Shown here piece after piece: positions 16,297-26,894 of a DNA stretch of 63,881 bases; positions within the stretch are counted from its first letter, which is position 1; each line of letters begins with the position of its first letter. Both the position numbers and the translations under genes were made by a program. This stretch comes from Candidatus Omnitrophota bacterium (GTDB lineage Bacteria; Omnitrophota; Gorgyraeia; Gygaellales; Profunditerraquicolaceae): positions 1-63,881 of the forward strand of contig JAHJCJ010000052.1 of the NCBI GenBank assembly GCA_018812825.1. Direction: 5' to 3'. The notes under the pieces are model-generated. The model had not been told where the DNA came from. It saw only the letters and a program-made list of their open reading frames with translations, and searched no databases.

Positions 16297-16619
16297 TGGT
16301 TAAGTTGGTTAATATTGCTGATATAGCCACGATTATCCGGAGTAAAAATGCCAAGCCTTTCTTATTTACCATGGATATCTTCTTTGATAATTTAGTGTAC
16401 TACGAAAAAACCGTAAAGTCCGGTGTTATAAATAAGAAGCTCATCGCCAAGATGTATCGGTTAGAAAATGAGGATAAGGCTGAAATTTATAATTTTGCTC
16501 AAGCCTGGGCAATTAAGATCACTATTCCCAGAACTGTGGCTTCGGGTGGAATAGGAGATACCGATATTTATGGCGCTCAGCAACATGCGCCTTTATATTC
16601 CATAAAAATTCCTATTTGA
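16296..16619 (+). CDS. DUF4387-like small partner of the AtuA-like protein
   Basis: 107 aa. Its start shares one nucleotide with the upstream stop (TAATG). Motif IRSKNA.PF..T.D. Confidence 0.6.
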   Translation: MVKLVNIADIATIIRSKNAKPFLFTMDIFFDNLVYYEKTVKSGVINKKLIAKMYRLENEDKAEIYNFAQAWAIKITIPRTVASGGIGDTDIYGAQQHAPLYSIKIPI

Positions 16620-16850
16620 AAATAATTAGTTGGCGTTTCATTCCTGGATGCTTAAGCGCGTAATTTTTACTATGGGCTTTTTTGTTTCTTCTTTAGTCTG
16701 AATATAGAGAAGTCGACCCTTTGTGTAATATTGCTGTTTGTCCTGAATGGAATACCTTTTTACATTAAGTTAAGTTTAGAGTAAAATTATTTGTAACTCT
16801 AATTCATATTAAAGGAGAGCAAGATCAGGAGCCGCTTTGCAATTTAAATT

Positions 16851-17057
16851 ATGGAATTTAAACTAAAGACTGAATTTGTTGAGCTGGATAATATACTAAA
16901 AGTTTTGGAGTTTGTTGTAAGCGGCGCTGAAGCTAAGCAGCAGATCCAGGCAGGTTTGGTTAAGGTCAATGGAGTTGTTGAATCACGTATTCGCCGGAAG
17001 CTTCGCTTAGGAGATTGCGTGGAGTTTAGCGGGAAGAAGATTGATATTGTGGTGTAA
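16851..17057 (+). CDS. RNA-binding S4 domain protein (YbcJ-like)
   Basis: 68 aa. GAEAKQQIQAGLVKVNGVVESRIRRKLRLGD is S4-like. Confidence 0.75.
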   Translation: MEFKLKTEFVELDNILKVLEFVVSGAEAKQQIQAGLVKVNGVVESRIRRKLRLGDCVEFSGKKIDIVV

Positions 17058-17198
17058 GAAATTTGACAACTACCAGTTGACAAATGTTGCGAAAAATCGC
17101 TGCCCCCACGATGGTTTAAAATATGCAAAACCTTTTGCCTTGGTACTCCTGGAGAACATTTCTATACAAAGATACCTGTAGCAAAGCGCTATACGGAA

Positions 17199-17510
17199 AG
17201 ATCCTTGCGTCTAGACGTTTCTCAAGATCCTTAGCCTGCGAAGAAGATTTCTTCGCCAATGTTTTAAATAGGCAATATCCTTGCGCCTAAACGCCTCGAA
17301 AATTAGAAACGAATTTTCTCGCAGCCGCAAGGATTAATTCGCGGATACTGCATTCGCAAAGATCCTGCACCTAAACACTCGAAAATTCTCTGGAATTTTC
17401 TCGTAGGTGCAGGATTAGTTCGGGCAGATAACTTACGTTGCGCTTTCAGCGCTTCCGTAAGTTATGCCCTCACTAACAAAAATCCCCGGGGTGTTTCTCC
17501 GGGGTTTCTT
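17199..17510 (+). ncRNA. Candidate structured RNA: tandem hairpin modules ending in an intrinsic terminator
   Basis: Hairpins at 17277-17334 and 17362-17415 are homologous and carry compensatory stem changes. A third hairpin lies at 17428-17465. No family recognised. Confidence 0.3.
17484..17510 (+). terminator. Rho-independent terminator
   Basis: CCCCGG / CCGGGG stem followed by TTTCTT. Confidence 0.55.
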
Positions 17511-17672
17511 GTAGGTGATAGGCCTAATAGCTTTCGCTATCGTTACTATCCTCCTCGTTGCATGCTCCGTTTCTAATACATAATAAGTATGCCACATTAA
17601 CATCTGATTTTCAAGTACCCCGAAAATATATTTTTGGAGCGGTTTTTGTTATTTTTATAGTATAATAAATCC

Positions 17673-19754
17673 ATGGCACAAAATACATCCATTCAATATC
17701 TAAAGGGGATCGGGCCAAAGCGGGCGAAAAGCTTTGCTCTCAGGGGCATAAATACGATTGAAGAGTTGTTGTATTATTTCCCCCGCCGCTATGAAGACCG
17801 CACAAATTTTTCAAATATTTCTGAGCTTAAGGAAGGAGATTTCTATACTATAAAAACAGAAGTTTTATCCGGAGGCCAGCGTAACTCCTGGCGCAGGCGC
17901 GCATTTAGCATAACTGAAGCGGCCTTAGCGGATAAGACAGGGAAAATTAACTGTGTTTGGTTTAATCAGCCGTACTTAAAGGAATATCTTGAAACCGGGG
18001 CTTCTTTAATCCTTTACGGCAAGGTCGAGATGTATAACGGCAGGATGCAGATGAATAACCCGGAGTTTGAATTTATTGATTGCGAAGATGATGATTCATT
18101 AAACATCGGCCGGATTGTCCCGATTTATACCTTGCCTCAAGGATTCAGCCAGCGCAGCATGCGCCAACTGATCAAGAATGCCATCGATGAGTTTTTGCCA
18201 AAGATTAAAGATTACCTGCCATTTGATTTACGCAGCCGCAATAACCTGCTTAATTTAGCGCAGAGTTTGTTAAACATCCATTTTCCACAAGAGCTTACTC
18301 TGCAGAAACAGGCGTTGATGCGATTAAGCTTTGAGGAGTTTTTTATTTTTCAACTACCCCTTGTTTTAAGAAAATTAAGGCGTAAAGAAAAAAAAGGAAT
18401 AAGGCATGCTATTGATGGCAAATTAATCGATGATTTTATTTCCGGGCTCCCTTTTAAGCTAACTTCTGCGCAGCAGAAGGTATTAGAGGAGATAAAAACA
18501 GATATGGCATCTGGTCAAGCCATGCAGCGGCTCTTGCAAGGAGATGTTGGGTCAGGCAAGACCGTGGTCGCTACCCTGGCTTGCTTGATTGCGATCCAAA
18601 GCGGATATCAGGCAGCTTTTATGGTGCCGACAGAGATTCTTGCTCGGCAGCACTATACAAAGATAACTGCTCAGTTAGCAGGATTAGTTTTTAGCGGGTG
18701 TAAAATACGTGTGGGTTTATTAACCGGCCAGGATAAAGAGAAGGAGAAAATATACCAAGAGGTTAAAGAGGGAGAAATTAATCTGGTCATCGGCACGCAC
18801 GCCCTTTTGCAGGAAGAACTAAGGTTTAAGGCTTTGAGTTTTACCGTGATTGATGAACAACACAAATTTGGGGTGGGGCAAAGGGCGCTATTACCTAAGA
18901 AGGGTAACAATCCTGATGTATTAATCCTGACTGCTACGCCAATCCCGCGCACCTTGGCGATTACTCTCTATGGCGACCTAGATATCTCGGTAATTAATCA
19001 GCTGCCTGCAGGTAGAATTCCGGTAAAGACACTGCATTTTAGCCAGCAGGGCAGGGAAAAGGGTTTTACGATTGCCAAGGAAGAGCTCAACTATGGCCGC
19101 CAGGCTTATATTATTTATCCGGTAATTGAAGAATCTTATGCTTTAGATATTGCCGGTGCTAAAAAGATGTTTGTGGAGTTAAGGGAAGGCGAGTTTAAGG
19201 GTTTTCGGCTCGGGCTTATTCATGGAAAGCTTAAGGCAAAAGAGCAGCAAGAGATTATGCTTAAGTTTAGGAATAAAGAGCTGGATCTTTTGGTCTCGAC
19301 TACTATTCTGGAAGTAGGTATTGACATCCCCAATGCTACTTGTATGATTGTTGCTTATGCTGAACGTTTTGGCTTAAGCCAGCTGCACCAGTTACGCGGA
19401 AGAATCGGCAGGGGTAACCTGCAGTCATTTTGCATCCTTATTTCTGATGCGCAGACTGAGGAGTCGAGGGCAAGATTGCAGGCGATGGTTTCTTCAAGCG
19501 ATGGCTTTCGTATTTCGGAAGAGGATTTAAAAATCAGGGGTCCGGGAGAGTTTTTCGGCAACCGGCAGCATGGTTTGGCAGAGCTCAAGCTTGCCAATTC
19601 GCTTACCCAGATGCAGTTGCTTAAAGCAGCTCGCCAGGAGGCTATAAAGCTTCTTAGTCAGGATGCCCGCTTAGAAGAGCGGCCGCATCAGCTATTAAAA
19701 GAAAAGCTTCTACAGAGATTCCCGGAGTATGAGAAATTAATGCTTGTGGGTTAA
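17673..19754 (+). CDS. recG: ATP-dependent DNA helicase RecG
   Basis: 693 aa. GDVGSGKT Walker A, DEQHKFG, QLHQLRGRIGRG. Confidence 0.95.
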   Translation: MAQNTSIQYLKGIGPKRAKSFALRGINTIEELLYYFPRRYEDRTNFSNISELKEGDFYTIKTEVLSGGQRNSWRRRAFSITEAALADKTGKINCVWFNQPYLKEYLETGASLILYGKVEMYNGRMQMNNPEFEFIDCEDDDSLNIGRIVPIYTLPQGFSQRSMRQLIKNAIDEFLPKIKDYLPFDLRSRNNLLNLAQSLLNIHFPQELTLQKQALMRLSFEEFFIFQLPLVLRKLRRKEKKGIRHAIDGKLIDDFISGLPFKLTSAQQKVLEEIKTDMASGQAMQRLLQGDVGSGKTVVATLACLIAIQSGYQAAFMVPTEILARQHYTKITAQLAGLVFSGCKIRVGLLTGQDKEKEKIYQEVKEGEINLVIGTHALLQEELRFKALSFTVIDEQHKFGVGQRALLPKKGNNPDVLILTATPIPRTLAITLYGDLDISVINQLPAGRIPVKTLHFSQQGREKGFTIAKEELNYGRQAYIIYPVIEESYALDIAGAKKMFVELREGEFKGFRLGLIHGKLKAKEQQEIMLKFRNKELDLLVSTTILEVGIDIPNATCMIVAYAERFGLSQLHQLRGRIGRGNLQSFCILISDAQTEESRARLQAMVSSSDGFRISEEDLKIRGPGEFFGNRQHGLAELKLANSLTQMQLLKAARQEAIKLLSQDARLEERPHQLLKEKLLQRFPEYEKLMLVG

Positions 19755-19755
19755 T

Positions 19756-20298
19756 ATGCGTATAACTACAGGAAAATACCGTAATCGTAAATTATTTATG
19801 CCCAGGGGTATCCGTCCAACCCAAGATAAGGTGCGTAAGGCAGCCTTTGATATATTGGGAGATGTGGAGGGATTGTCGTTCTTAGAGCTATATGCCGGTT
19901 CAGGGGCAGTGGGGTTTGAGGCGCTTTCCCGCGGCATTAGGGAGCTGACTATGGTTGAGTGCAATCATAACTCCGTATTGGCGATAAAGAAGAACATATC
20001 TCTTCTTAGGGCCCCTAACTGTAACCTGTATTATCTGGATGCAGAGAAAGCAATTAAGCTGCTGGCTCAAGATAAAAAGAGTTTTGATATTATATTCCTT
20101 GATCCGCCGTATCATGAGGGTATGGCAAAAAAAATCTTGCATACCCTGGAGGGTTATGATATATTAACGCCCAATGGTTTGATAATCGTGCAGCATCTTA
20201 AGACAGAACTACTGCCTGAACCTAGCCTAAATTTTAGTTTAATTAAAGAAGCCAAGTACGGAGATACCTGGCTTTCTATTTTCAGGAAGAAAGGTTAG
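19756..20298 (+). CDS. rsmD: 16S rRNA (guanine966-N2)-methyltransferase
   Basis: MRITTGKYRNRKL...RPTQDKVR...FLDPPY. ATG 19756 follows the recG stop by 1 nt. Confidence 0.88.
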   Translation: MRITTGKYRNRKLFMPRGIRPTQDKVRKAAFDILGDVEGLSFLELYAGSGAVGFEALSRGIRELTMVECNHNSVLAIKKNISLLRAPNCNLYYLDAEKAIKLLAQDKKSFDIIFLDPPYHEGMAKKILHTLEGYDILTPNGLIIVQHLKTELLPEPSLNFSLIKEAKYGDTWLSIFRKKG

Positions 20299-20300
20299 CG

Positions 20301-20786
20301 ATGTGTCAGATTGCTTTATATCCAGGAACATTTGACCCGGTAACTAACGGGCATATTGATTTGATTTGCCGTGCGCATGAGATTTTTCATGACGTAATCG
20401 TGGCGGTGGCGCATAATCCCCATAAAAAGCCGATCTTTAGCGTTGCCGATAGAGTAGCGATGCTTAAAAAAGCTACCGCCGGAATGGATGGAGTAACGGT
20501 TACGCATTTTGACGGCTTGGTCGTAGATTTTGCCCATAAAATGAAGGCCAAGGTTTTGGTGCGCGGAGTGCGCATGCTTTCGGATTTTGAGTATGAATTT
20601 CAGATGGCCTTGACTAACCGCAAGCTATCCAGTGATATTGAAACGATTTTTCTTATGCCGCATGAATCTTATAGTTATCTTTCGGCAAGGTTGATTAAAG
20701 AAGTGGCTAATTTGGGAGCGGACCTTTCAAGCTTTGTACCGGATTTTGTGGCTAAGGCATTACAGAAAAGATTACGTAGAAAATAG
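20301..20786 (+). CDS. coaD: Phosphopantetheine adenylyltransferase
   Basis: YPGTFDPVTNGHIDLI motif. 161 aa. Confidence 0.93.
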   Translation: MCQIALYPGTFDPVTNGHIDLICRAHEIFHDVIVAVAHNPHKKPIFSVADRVAMLKKATAGMDGVTVTHFDGLVVDFAHKMKAKVLVRGVRMLSDFEYEFQMALTNRKLSSDIETIFLMPHESYSYLSARLIKEVANLGADLSSFVPDFVAKALQKRLRRK

Positions 20787-21202
20787 TGAAGATATTAATT
20801 AACCAGGTTGTGACTTTAGAGGGCCTGTTTTTAGAAGAAGAGATTAACCCGGCAGAGCTTGAGCTTGAGACCGAGTTGATAAAGTTTCATTCCAATTTGA
20901 AAATAAAGGCGCAGGTTTCCCGGGTGATCAATGCGCTGATCGTAGATTTGAATATTTACGCGGTTCTTGCTGCCGCTTGTTCCCGCTGCCTTGAGGAATT
21001 TGAGTGGCAGTTTAATAAAAATGCGCAGCTCAGTTACCCGATTGATAACAGCGCCACCTCTATTGATTTAACTCCCGAAATAAGGGAAGAGGTAATATTA
21101 GATTACCCCATAAAGCCTTTATGTAATCTAAACTGTAAAGGGCTTTGTGTAAAATGCGGTAAAAACAAAAACGAAGGAGGATGTAACTGTGGCTCTACCT
21201 AA
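20786..21202 (+). CDS. yceD: YceD/DUF177 family protein
   Basis: C-terminal Cys cluster CKGLCVKCGKNKN..GCNC. Conserved position upstream of rpmF. Confidence 0.8.
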   Translation: MKILINQVVTLEGLFLEEEINPAELELETELIKFHSNLKIKAQVSRVINALIVDLNIYAVLAAACSRCLEEFEWQFNKNAQLSYPIDNSATSIDLTPEIREEVILDYPIKPLCNLNCKGLCVKCGKNKNEGGCNCGST

Positions 21203-21389
21203 AAGAAAACATTCAGCACAACGCGGCCGAAAGCGTCGTACGCACTGGAAGATTAAAAAAACAAATTTAATGCCTTGCCCGCAATGCAAACAGCTAAAAC
21301 TTTCCCATCGCGTTTGCCTGGTCTGCGGTTATTATGATGGCCGTCAGGTCATGGAAATCAAAGTAAAAGAGAAAAAGAAGAAAAAATGA
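21189..21389 (+). CDS. rpmF: 50S ribosomal protein L32
   Basis: ALPKRKHS...CPQC...CLVCGYY zinc-ribbon form. GTG start. Confidence 0.9.
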   Translation: MALPKRKHSAQRGRKRRTHWKIKKTNLMPCPQCKQLKLSHRVCLVCGYYDGRQVMEIKVKEKKKKK

Positions 21390-21495
21390 GTACCTTAAAG
21401 TTTTGATTTAGTGAAACCCTGTCGAGTTTACGAGACAGGGTAAGCACCTCCGAGCTTTGATAGGCGGGAAGAAGTAGGTATATTAGGAGAAAAGA

Positions 21496-22440
21496 ATGAA
21501 AATAGTTGTTGATGCTATGGGCGGCGATCATGCCCCTGGCGTAGTTATTGAAGGAAGCCTGCTGGCGGTAAAAGAATATGATCTGGAAGTTGTGCTTGTG
21601 GGAGACCAGCCGAAAATTGAAGCCTTTTTAAAGAAGGCTAAATATACGGGTAGTAAAATTAGCGTGCAGCATGCCTCTGAGGTAATTGAGATGTGCGAAT
21701 CTGCTGCGACCAGCGTCAGAAGGAAGAGGAACTCTTCTATTGTTCTTGGTGTTAACCTGGTAAAAGAGGGCAAGGCAGACGCATTTTTTAGCGCCGGCAA
21801 TACGGGTGCCGTGGTTTGCGCAGGGACTTTAGGGCTAGGGCTTCTTCCGGGTATTGAGCGTCCGGGGATCGGTATTATTACTCCTACCTTAAAGGGTAAT
21901 TCTTTGATTATTGATGTCGGTGCTAACATCGACCCTAAGCCTACCCAGTTGTTGCAATATGGGATTATGGCGGATGCCTATTGCAAGAATATTTTAAATA
22001 AGGCTAATCCTACCGTAGGGTTGTTGAATATTGGAGAAGAAGAGAAAAAAGGCACGGAATTTATCCGGGAAGCTTATGAACTTTTAGAAAAGAGCAAACT
22101 TAATTTTATCGGCAATGTAGAAGGCAGGGATCTCTTTACCGGTAAGTGTGATATTATTATCTGCGATGGTTTTGTAGGTAATGTGGCTTTAAAGGTTTCG
22201 GAGAGCGCCGCAGAAGCAATGCAGACATTTTTGAAGCGGCATCTTTTAAGCAGTATTTGGGGTAAGATCGGTTTGATCTTTATGATACCTAGCCTTAAAC
22301 GTTTTAAAAAAGAAATTGATTATGCTGAGTATGGCGGAGCGCTCTTGTTGGGAGTTAACGGCGTGGTGATTATCGGCCATGGCCGTTCAAACAAGAGAGC
22401 GATTAAGAATGCCGTCAGGGTTGCCAAGGAAGAGATTTAG
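21496..22440 (+). CDS. plsX: Phosphate acyltransferase PlsX
   Basis: VDAMGGDHAP...GNTGA...DGFVGNVALK. Confidence 0.93.
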   Translation: MKIVVDAMGGDHAPGVVIEGSLLAVKEYDLEVVLVGDQPKIEAFLKKAKYTGSKISVQHASEVIEMCESAATSVRRKRNSSIVLGVNLVKEGKADAFFSAGNTGAVVCAGTLGLGLLPGIERPGIGIITPTLKGNSLIIDVGANIDPKPTQLLQYGIMADAYCKNILNKANPTVGLLNIGEEEKKGTEFIREAYELLEKSKLNFIGNVEGRDLFTGKCDIIICDGFVGNVALKVSESAAEAMQTFLKRHLLSSIWGKIGLIFMIPSLKRFKKEIDYAEYGGALLLGVNGVVIIGHGRSNKRAIKNAVRVAKEEI

Positions 22441-22490
22441 CGTCAGGTTAATGCCAAGATCCTTGAAGCATTAAGATAGAGAGGTTTGAT

Positions 22491-23468
22491 TTGAAGAAAG
22501 TTGGGATTATCGGGGTAGGCGAATACCTGCCAGAGAGAATATTGACTAATATTGACCTTGAAAAAATGGTCGATACTTCTGATGAGTGGATTACTACGCG
22601 TACCGGTATAAAACAAAGGCATTTGGCAGCAAAAGGCCAAGCCGCCTCGGATTTAGCTTTTAAGGCTGCTGAGCAGGCATTAAAAAACGCTAAACTTAAA
22701 CCTGAAGATTTGGACCTTATTGTTGTGGCGACAATTACCGGTGATATGCCTTTTCCTTCGGTAGCTGCTATTCTACAAAATAAGCTCGCTGCTAAAGGCG
22801 CCGCATGTTTTGATATTTCTGCTGCCTGCGCAGGTTTTGTATATGGGCTTTCTGTGGCGCAACAGTTTATTGCCTGCTCTACTTATAAAAATGCGCTGGT
22901 CGTTGGTGTTGAGGTTTTATCTTCTATCACAGATTGGCAGGATCGCAATACCTGTGTTTTGTTCGGAGACGGTGCCGGAGCAGTAGTTTTGTCAGAAGTA
23001 AAAAGCAGGGGGATTATTTCTACTTATCTGGGTTGTGATGGTTCAAAAGTGGGGATACTAAATTTGCCTGCCGGAGGCTCAGCGAACCCGACAACTACTG
23101 AGACCGTAAGAAATCGCCAGCATTACTTAAAAATGCAGGGGAATGAGTTATTTAAGATCGCGGTTAATACTATGACTAAAGCCGCGGAAATTGTTTTGAA
23201 ACAGGCAGGCATGAGTTTTGCTGATGTGGACCTGATTATTCCGCATCAGGCAAACGCGCGTATCATTATGGCTGTAGCCAAAAAATTGGGTATTCCTGAA
23301 GAACGGGTTTATCTAAATATAGAAAGATGCGGGAACATGTCCAGCGCTTCCACGGTTACTGCACTCTGTGAAGCAGTGCAGGAGGGTAAGGTTAAAAAAG
23401 GGGATATTATTCTCCTGGATGCATTTGGAGCAGGTTTAGTCTGGGGCGCCTGTGTCATTGAGTGGTAG
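22491..23468 (+). CDS. fabH: 3-oxoacyl-ACP synthase III
   Basis: 325 aa. Active-site context SAACAGF, HQAN, GNMSSAS. TTG start. Confidence 0.93.
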   Translation: MKKVGIIGVGEYLPERILTNIDLEKMVDTSDEWITTRTGIKQRHLAAKGQAASDLAFKAAEQALKNAKLKPEDLDLIVVATITGDMPFPSVAAILQNKLAAKGAACFDISAACAGFVYGLSVAQQFIACSTYKNALVVGVEVLSSITDWQDRNTCVLFGDGAGAVVLSEVKSRGIISTYLGCDGSKVGILNLPAGGSANPTTTETVRNRQHYLKMQGNELFKIAVNTMTKAAEIVLKQAGMSFADVDLIIPHQANARIIMAVAKKLGIPEERVYLNIERCGNMSSASTVTALCEAVQEGKVKKGDIILLDAFGAGLVWGACVIEW

Positions 23469-24376
23469 GTTATCTTTTTGCCGGCCAGGGTAGCCAATAT
23501 GTAGGTATGGGTAAAGATTTGTATGAGTCTTTCCCTGAAGCAGCCAAGGTATTTGATAGGGCAGAGGAGTTGCTGGGTTTTGAATTAAAAAAGGCTTGTT
23601 TTGATGGCCCCGAAGAGAAACTAAAATCAACTGATGTTTCTCAGCCGGCGATCGTAACTGTGAGTATCGCAGCCTTTGAGGTTTTTAAGGCTAGGTCAAA
23701 TCTGGTTCCTTCTTTTGTTGCGGGCCTAAGCTTAGGGGAGTATTCCGCTTTAATTGCCGCAGGCGCATTGACTTTTGATAATGGCATCCGTTTAATAAGA
23801 AGAAGAGGCCAGTTAATGGAAGAGGCTTCCAGAAAACACCCCGGAAGAATGGCCGCGGTTTTAGAATTACACGTAGAAGAAATAAAAGAAATTTGCCTGA
23901 AATCTGGTGCTGAGATTGCTAATCTAAACTGTCCAGGCCAGATAGTTATCACGGGAAAAGCAGAAGCAGTAAGTCAGGCTATGGAGTTGTGCAGTCAGGC
24001 AGGGGCAAAAAAGGTGATTCCTCTTGAAGTGAGCGGTGGCTTTCATTCAACCTTAATGTTTGAAGCTTCAGTAGAATTAAAGCTTGTTTTGGATAATATA
24101 TCGATTTCTGAGCCCAAGGTACCCGTGGTCAGTAATTATACTGCGCAGCCGCAATATAAAGTTAGTCAAATAATAGAAAACCTGGTTTATCAGATAAGGT
24201 CTTCAGTAAGATGGGAAGATTCGATGAGATTCATGTTGTCTAATGGGGTAATGAGTTTTATTGAATTTGGTCCGGGAAAGATTTTAAAGGGCCTGATGCG
24301 CCGCATTGACAGTAATGCTAAAGTTACAAATATAGAGGTAAGCGCCGATATTGAGCAGGCGATTGTAGGAGGATAA
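23462..24376 (+). CDS. fabD: Malonyl-CoA-ACP transacylase
   Basis: [12 protein letters not shown] and [10 protein letters not shown] motifs. Confidence 0.92.
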   Translation: MVGYLFAGQGSQYVGMGKDLYESFPEAAKVFDRAEELLGFELKKACFDGPEEKLKSTDVSQPAIVTVSIAAFEVFKARSNLVPSFVAGLSLGEYSALIAAGALTFDNGIRLIRRRGQLMEEASRKHPGRMAAVLELHVEEIKEICLKSGAEIANLNCPGQIVITGKAEAVSQAMELCSQAGAKKVIPLEVSGGFHSTLMFEASVELKLVLDNISISEPKVPVVSNYTAQPQYKVSQIIENLVYQIRSSVRWEDSMRFMLSNGVMSFIEFGPGKILKGLMRRIDSNAKVTNIEVSADIEQAIVGG

Positions 24377-24377
24377 G

Positions 24378-25121
24378 ATGAGGTTAAAGGATAAGGTAGC
24401 TTTGATCACAGGTGGAGCAAGAGGAATAGGCCAGGCCATTGCCCTGACTTTTGCCAGAGAGGGAGCGGATATTGTTGTGGCTGATGTTAACTTAGAAATA
24501 GCCCAGAAAACTGCTCTTGAAATTCAAGATTTAGGCCGTAAGGTATTGGCTTTGGAGATGGATGTGACTAACTACGAAAAGGTGGAAGAAGGGGTAAATA
24601 AAATTCTTGACAAAATGGGAAAGGTTGATATATTAGTTAACAACGCTGGGATTACTAAAGACAATCTTTTACTCAGAATGTCTCAGGCAGATTGGGATGC
24701 AGTGATTAATGTTAACCTTAAGGGTACATTTAACTGCATCAAGGCCGTATCCAGGCCGATGATGAAACAAAGAAGCGGACGGATAATCAGTATCGCTTCG
24801 ATAATCGGTTTGATGGGGAACCCCGGCCAGGCAAATTATGCTGCTTCAAAAGCAGGGATAATCGCTCTTACAAAAACAGTAGCTAAAGAATTAGCCAGCC
24901 GTAATATTAATGCCAATGCTGTAGCTCCGGGATTTATCCAAACAGAGATGACCGCCAAGCTCCCTGAGGATATAAAAAAGAAGATGCTGGAGGCAATACC
25001 TTTAGCTAAGCTTGGGACACCTCAGGATGTAGCAAACATCTGTTTGTTTTTAGCTTCTGCTGAGTCAAGTTATATAACCGGGCAGGTAATCACGATTGAT
25101 GGCGGCATGGTCATGGCGTAA
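24378..25121 (+). CDS. fabG: 3-oxoacyl-ACP reductase
   Basis: [13 protein letters not shown], and YAASKAG (SDR catalytic YxxxK). Confidence 0.93.
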   Translation: MRLKDKVALITGGARGIGQAIALTFAREGADIVVADVNLEIAQKTALEIQDLGRKVLALEMDVTNYEKVEEGVNKILDKMGKVDILVNNAGITKDNLLLRMSQADWDAVINVNLKGTFNCIKAVSRPMMKQRSGRIISIASIIGLMGNPGQANYAASKAGIIALTKTVAKELASRNINANAVAPGFIQTEMTAKLPEDIKKKMLEAIPLAKLGTPQDVANICLFLASAESSYITGQVITIDGGMVMA

Positions 25122-25153
25122 GGTATGAGTTTCTACACAATGAGGAAAAAAGA

Positions 25154-25390
25154 ATGGCAGTACAAGAGAAAGTAAAATCTATTATAGCAGAACAGTTAGG
25201 TGTAAAACCCGAAGAGGTAACTCCTGAGGCATCATTTGTCGATGACTTAGGCGCGGATTCACTTGACACTGTAGAGCTGGTTATGGCCCTAGAAGAAGAG
25301 TTTGGCATTGAAATTCCTGATGAGGACGCTGAAAAGATTACTACTGTTGGCGATGCCATGAAGTATATTGATGAGAAAAGCGCCAAATAA
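25154..25390 (+). CDS. acpP: Acyl carrier protein
   Basis: [12 protein letters not shown] phosphopantetheine attachment motif. 78 aa. Confidence 0.95.
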   Translation: MAVQEKVKSIIAEQLGVKPEEVTPEASFVDDLGADSLDTVELVMALEEEFGIEIPDEDAEKITTVGDAMKYIDEKSAK

Positions 25391-25416
25391 TAATTTTAGA
25401 TAGCATTAAATAAACA

Positions 25417-25454
25417 ATTTACCCCGCATTTTAGTTTTTGCGGGGTAAATTTTG
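25417..25454 (+). terminator. Rho-independent terminator after acpP
   Basis: ATTTACCCCGCA / TGCGGGGTAAAT 12-bp stem followed by TTTG. Confidence 0.8.
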
Positions 25455-25558
25455 AGTTATGAAATTATTCAGAGTATGCTCTCGCCTCAGAAACCATGCC
25501 AAAATCAGCGAAGACGATTTTGGCATATTCGGCGGGTTTCGTACAATAAGAAGTGTTC

Positions 25559-25584
25559 ATCCTACCTCGTGAATTCGGTAGGAT
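25559..25584 (+). repeat. ATCCTACC...GGTAGGAT hairpin upstream of fabF
   Basis: 8-bp stem with a 10-nt loop. Its 5' arm CCTACCTCG is the reverse complement of CGAGGTAGG at 26910-26918. Confidence 0.55.
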
Positions 25585-25616
25585 TTCGCTAGATAAAAGC
25601 TTAAGGTGCTTATTTA

Positions 25617-26870
25617 ATGAAAAAGAGAGTAGTAATTACAGGCTTAGGCACAATTACTCCGGTAGGCAATGATGTATCTGGATTTTGGCAATCTTTGAAA
25701 GATGGCAAAAGCGGGGTTGGGCCGATTACCAGCTTTGATGCAACAGCTTTTGATTCTCGCATTTCCGCAGAAGTAAAGAATTTTGACCCGATCATTTATG
25801 GGATTTCCCTGAAAGATATTAAAAGAACGGCGGGGTTTGTGCAGTTTGCTGTAGCTGCGGCTAAGCAGGCAATAGAATCTTCCGGTTTGGATTTGAATAA
25901 AGAAGATAGAACTCGCATAGGGGTAATTATTGGCTCAGGTATCGGCAGTTTGCATACTATCGAAGAGGAACATAAAATTTTGCTTAATAAGGGGCCTTCC
26001 AGGCTGTCTCCATTCCTTATTCCTATGCTTATTGTTAACGAGGCAAGCGGTTTGGTCGCTATTATTCATGGATTAAAAGGCCCGAACTCTTGCGTGGCTA
26101 CTGCCTGTGCTTCGGGTTCGCATGCCATAGGCGAGGCGTACAGGACGATCCTTTATGGAGATGCGGATGTAATGTTAACCGGAGGCACGGAAAGCTGTAT
26201 TGTGCCTACCGCAGTTGGTGGTTTTTGTGCGTTAAAGGCACTTTCTACTAGGAATAATGACCCCCAGAAGGCCAGTCGTCCATTTGACCGCGACCGCGAT
26301 GGTTTTGTAATGGCTGAGGGAAGCGGTCTGGTTGTTTTAGAGAGTTTAGAACATGCGCAAAAAAGAAATGCCAATATTATCGCTGAAATTGTTGGCTATG
26401 GTATGAGCTGTGATGCTTATCATATAACTGCACCTGATCCAGATGGATCCGGGGCTGCCCAGGCAATGGTTATGGCGTTAAAAGACGCGCAGATGAATCC
26501 TGCTGAAATATCTTATATAAATGCGCATGGAACATCAACTAAGTTAAATGATAAGATTGAGACTTTATCTATGAAGAAGGTTTTTGGTGAGTATAGTAAG
26601 AAGGTAATGGTTTCTTCTACAAAATCTGTAACCGGCCATCTTTTGGGCGCAGCAGGCGGGGTGGAGTTTGTGGTCTGCTGTTTGGCAATTAGAGACGGAG
26701 TTGTTCCTCCTACGATTAATTATGAACATCCTGATCCGGAGTGCGACCTGGATTACGTGCCTAATATAGCGCGTAAAACAAATGTAGTAGCCTGCATGTC
26801 TAATTCTTTAGGATTCGGTGGGCACAATGCTTCTCTTATAGTAAAGAAGTTTAAATTAAGCACTTTATAG
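25617..26870 (+). CDS. fabF: 3-oxoacyl-ACP synthase II
   Basis: 417 aa. ATACASG active-site Cys, the NAHGTST and GHLLGAAG motifs. Confidence 0.94.
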   Translation: MKKRVVITGLGTITPVGNDVSGFWQSLKDGKSGVGPITSFDATAFDSRISAEVKNFDPIIYGISLKDIKRTAGFVQFAVAAAKQAIESSGLDLNKEDRTRIGVIIGSGIGSLHTIEEEHKILLNKGPSRLSPFLIPMLIVNEASGLVAIIHGLKGPNSCVATACASGSHAIGEAYRTILYGDADVMLTGGTESCIVPTAVGGFCALKALSTRNNDPQKASRPFDRDRDGFVMAEGSGLVVLESLEHAQKRNANIIAEIVGYGMSCDAYHITAPDPDGSGAAQAMVMALKDAQMNPAEISYINAHGTSTKLNDKIETLSMKKVFGEYSKKVMVSSTKSVTGHLLGAAGGVEFVVCCLAIRDGVVPPTINYEHPDPECDLDYVPNIARKTNVVACMSNSLGFGGHNASLIVKKFKLSTL

Positions 26871-26894
26871 ATTTAGTCTAGTGCCATCCTACCG

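Noticed and set aside
17199-17465. Possible CRISPR array, tmRNA, RNase P, SRP or 6S RNA in the recG-upstream gap.
   Set aside because: The repeats are divergent hairpins without unique spacers of regular length. I saw no tRNA-like end, no GGAAAGTCCGG-type RNase P core, and no SRP domain IV motif. It is kept only as an unclassified structured-RNA candidate.
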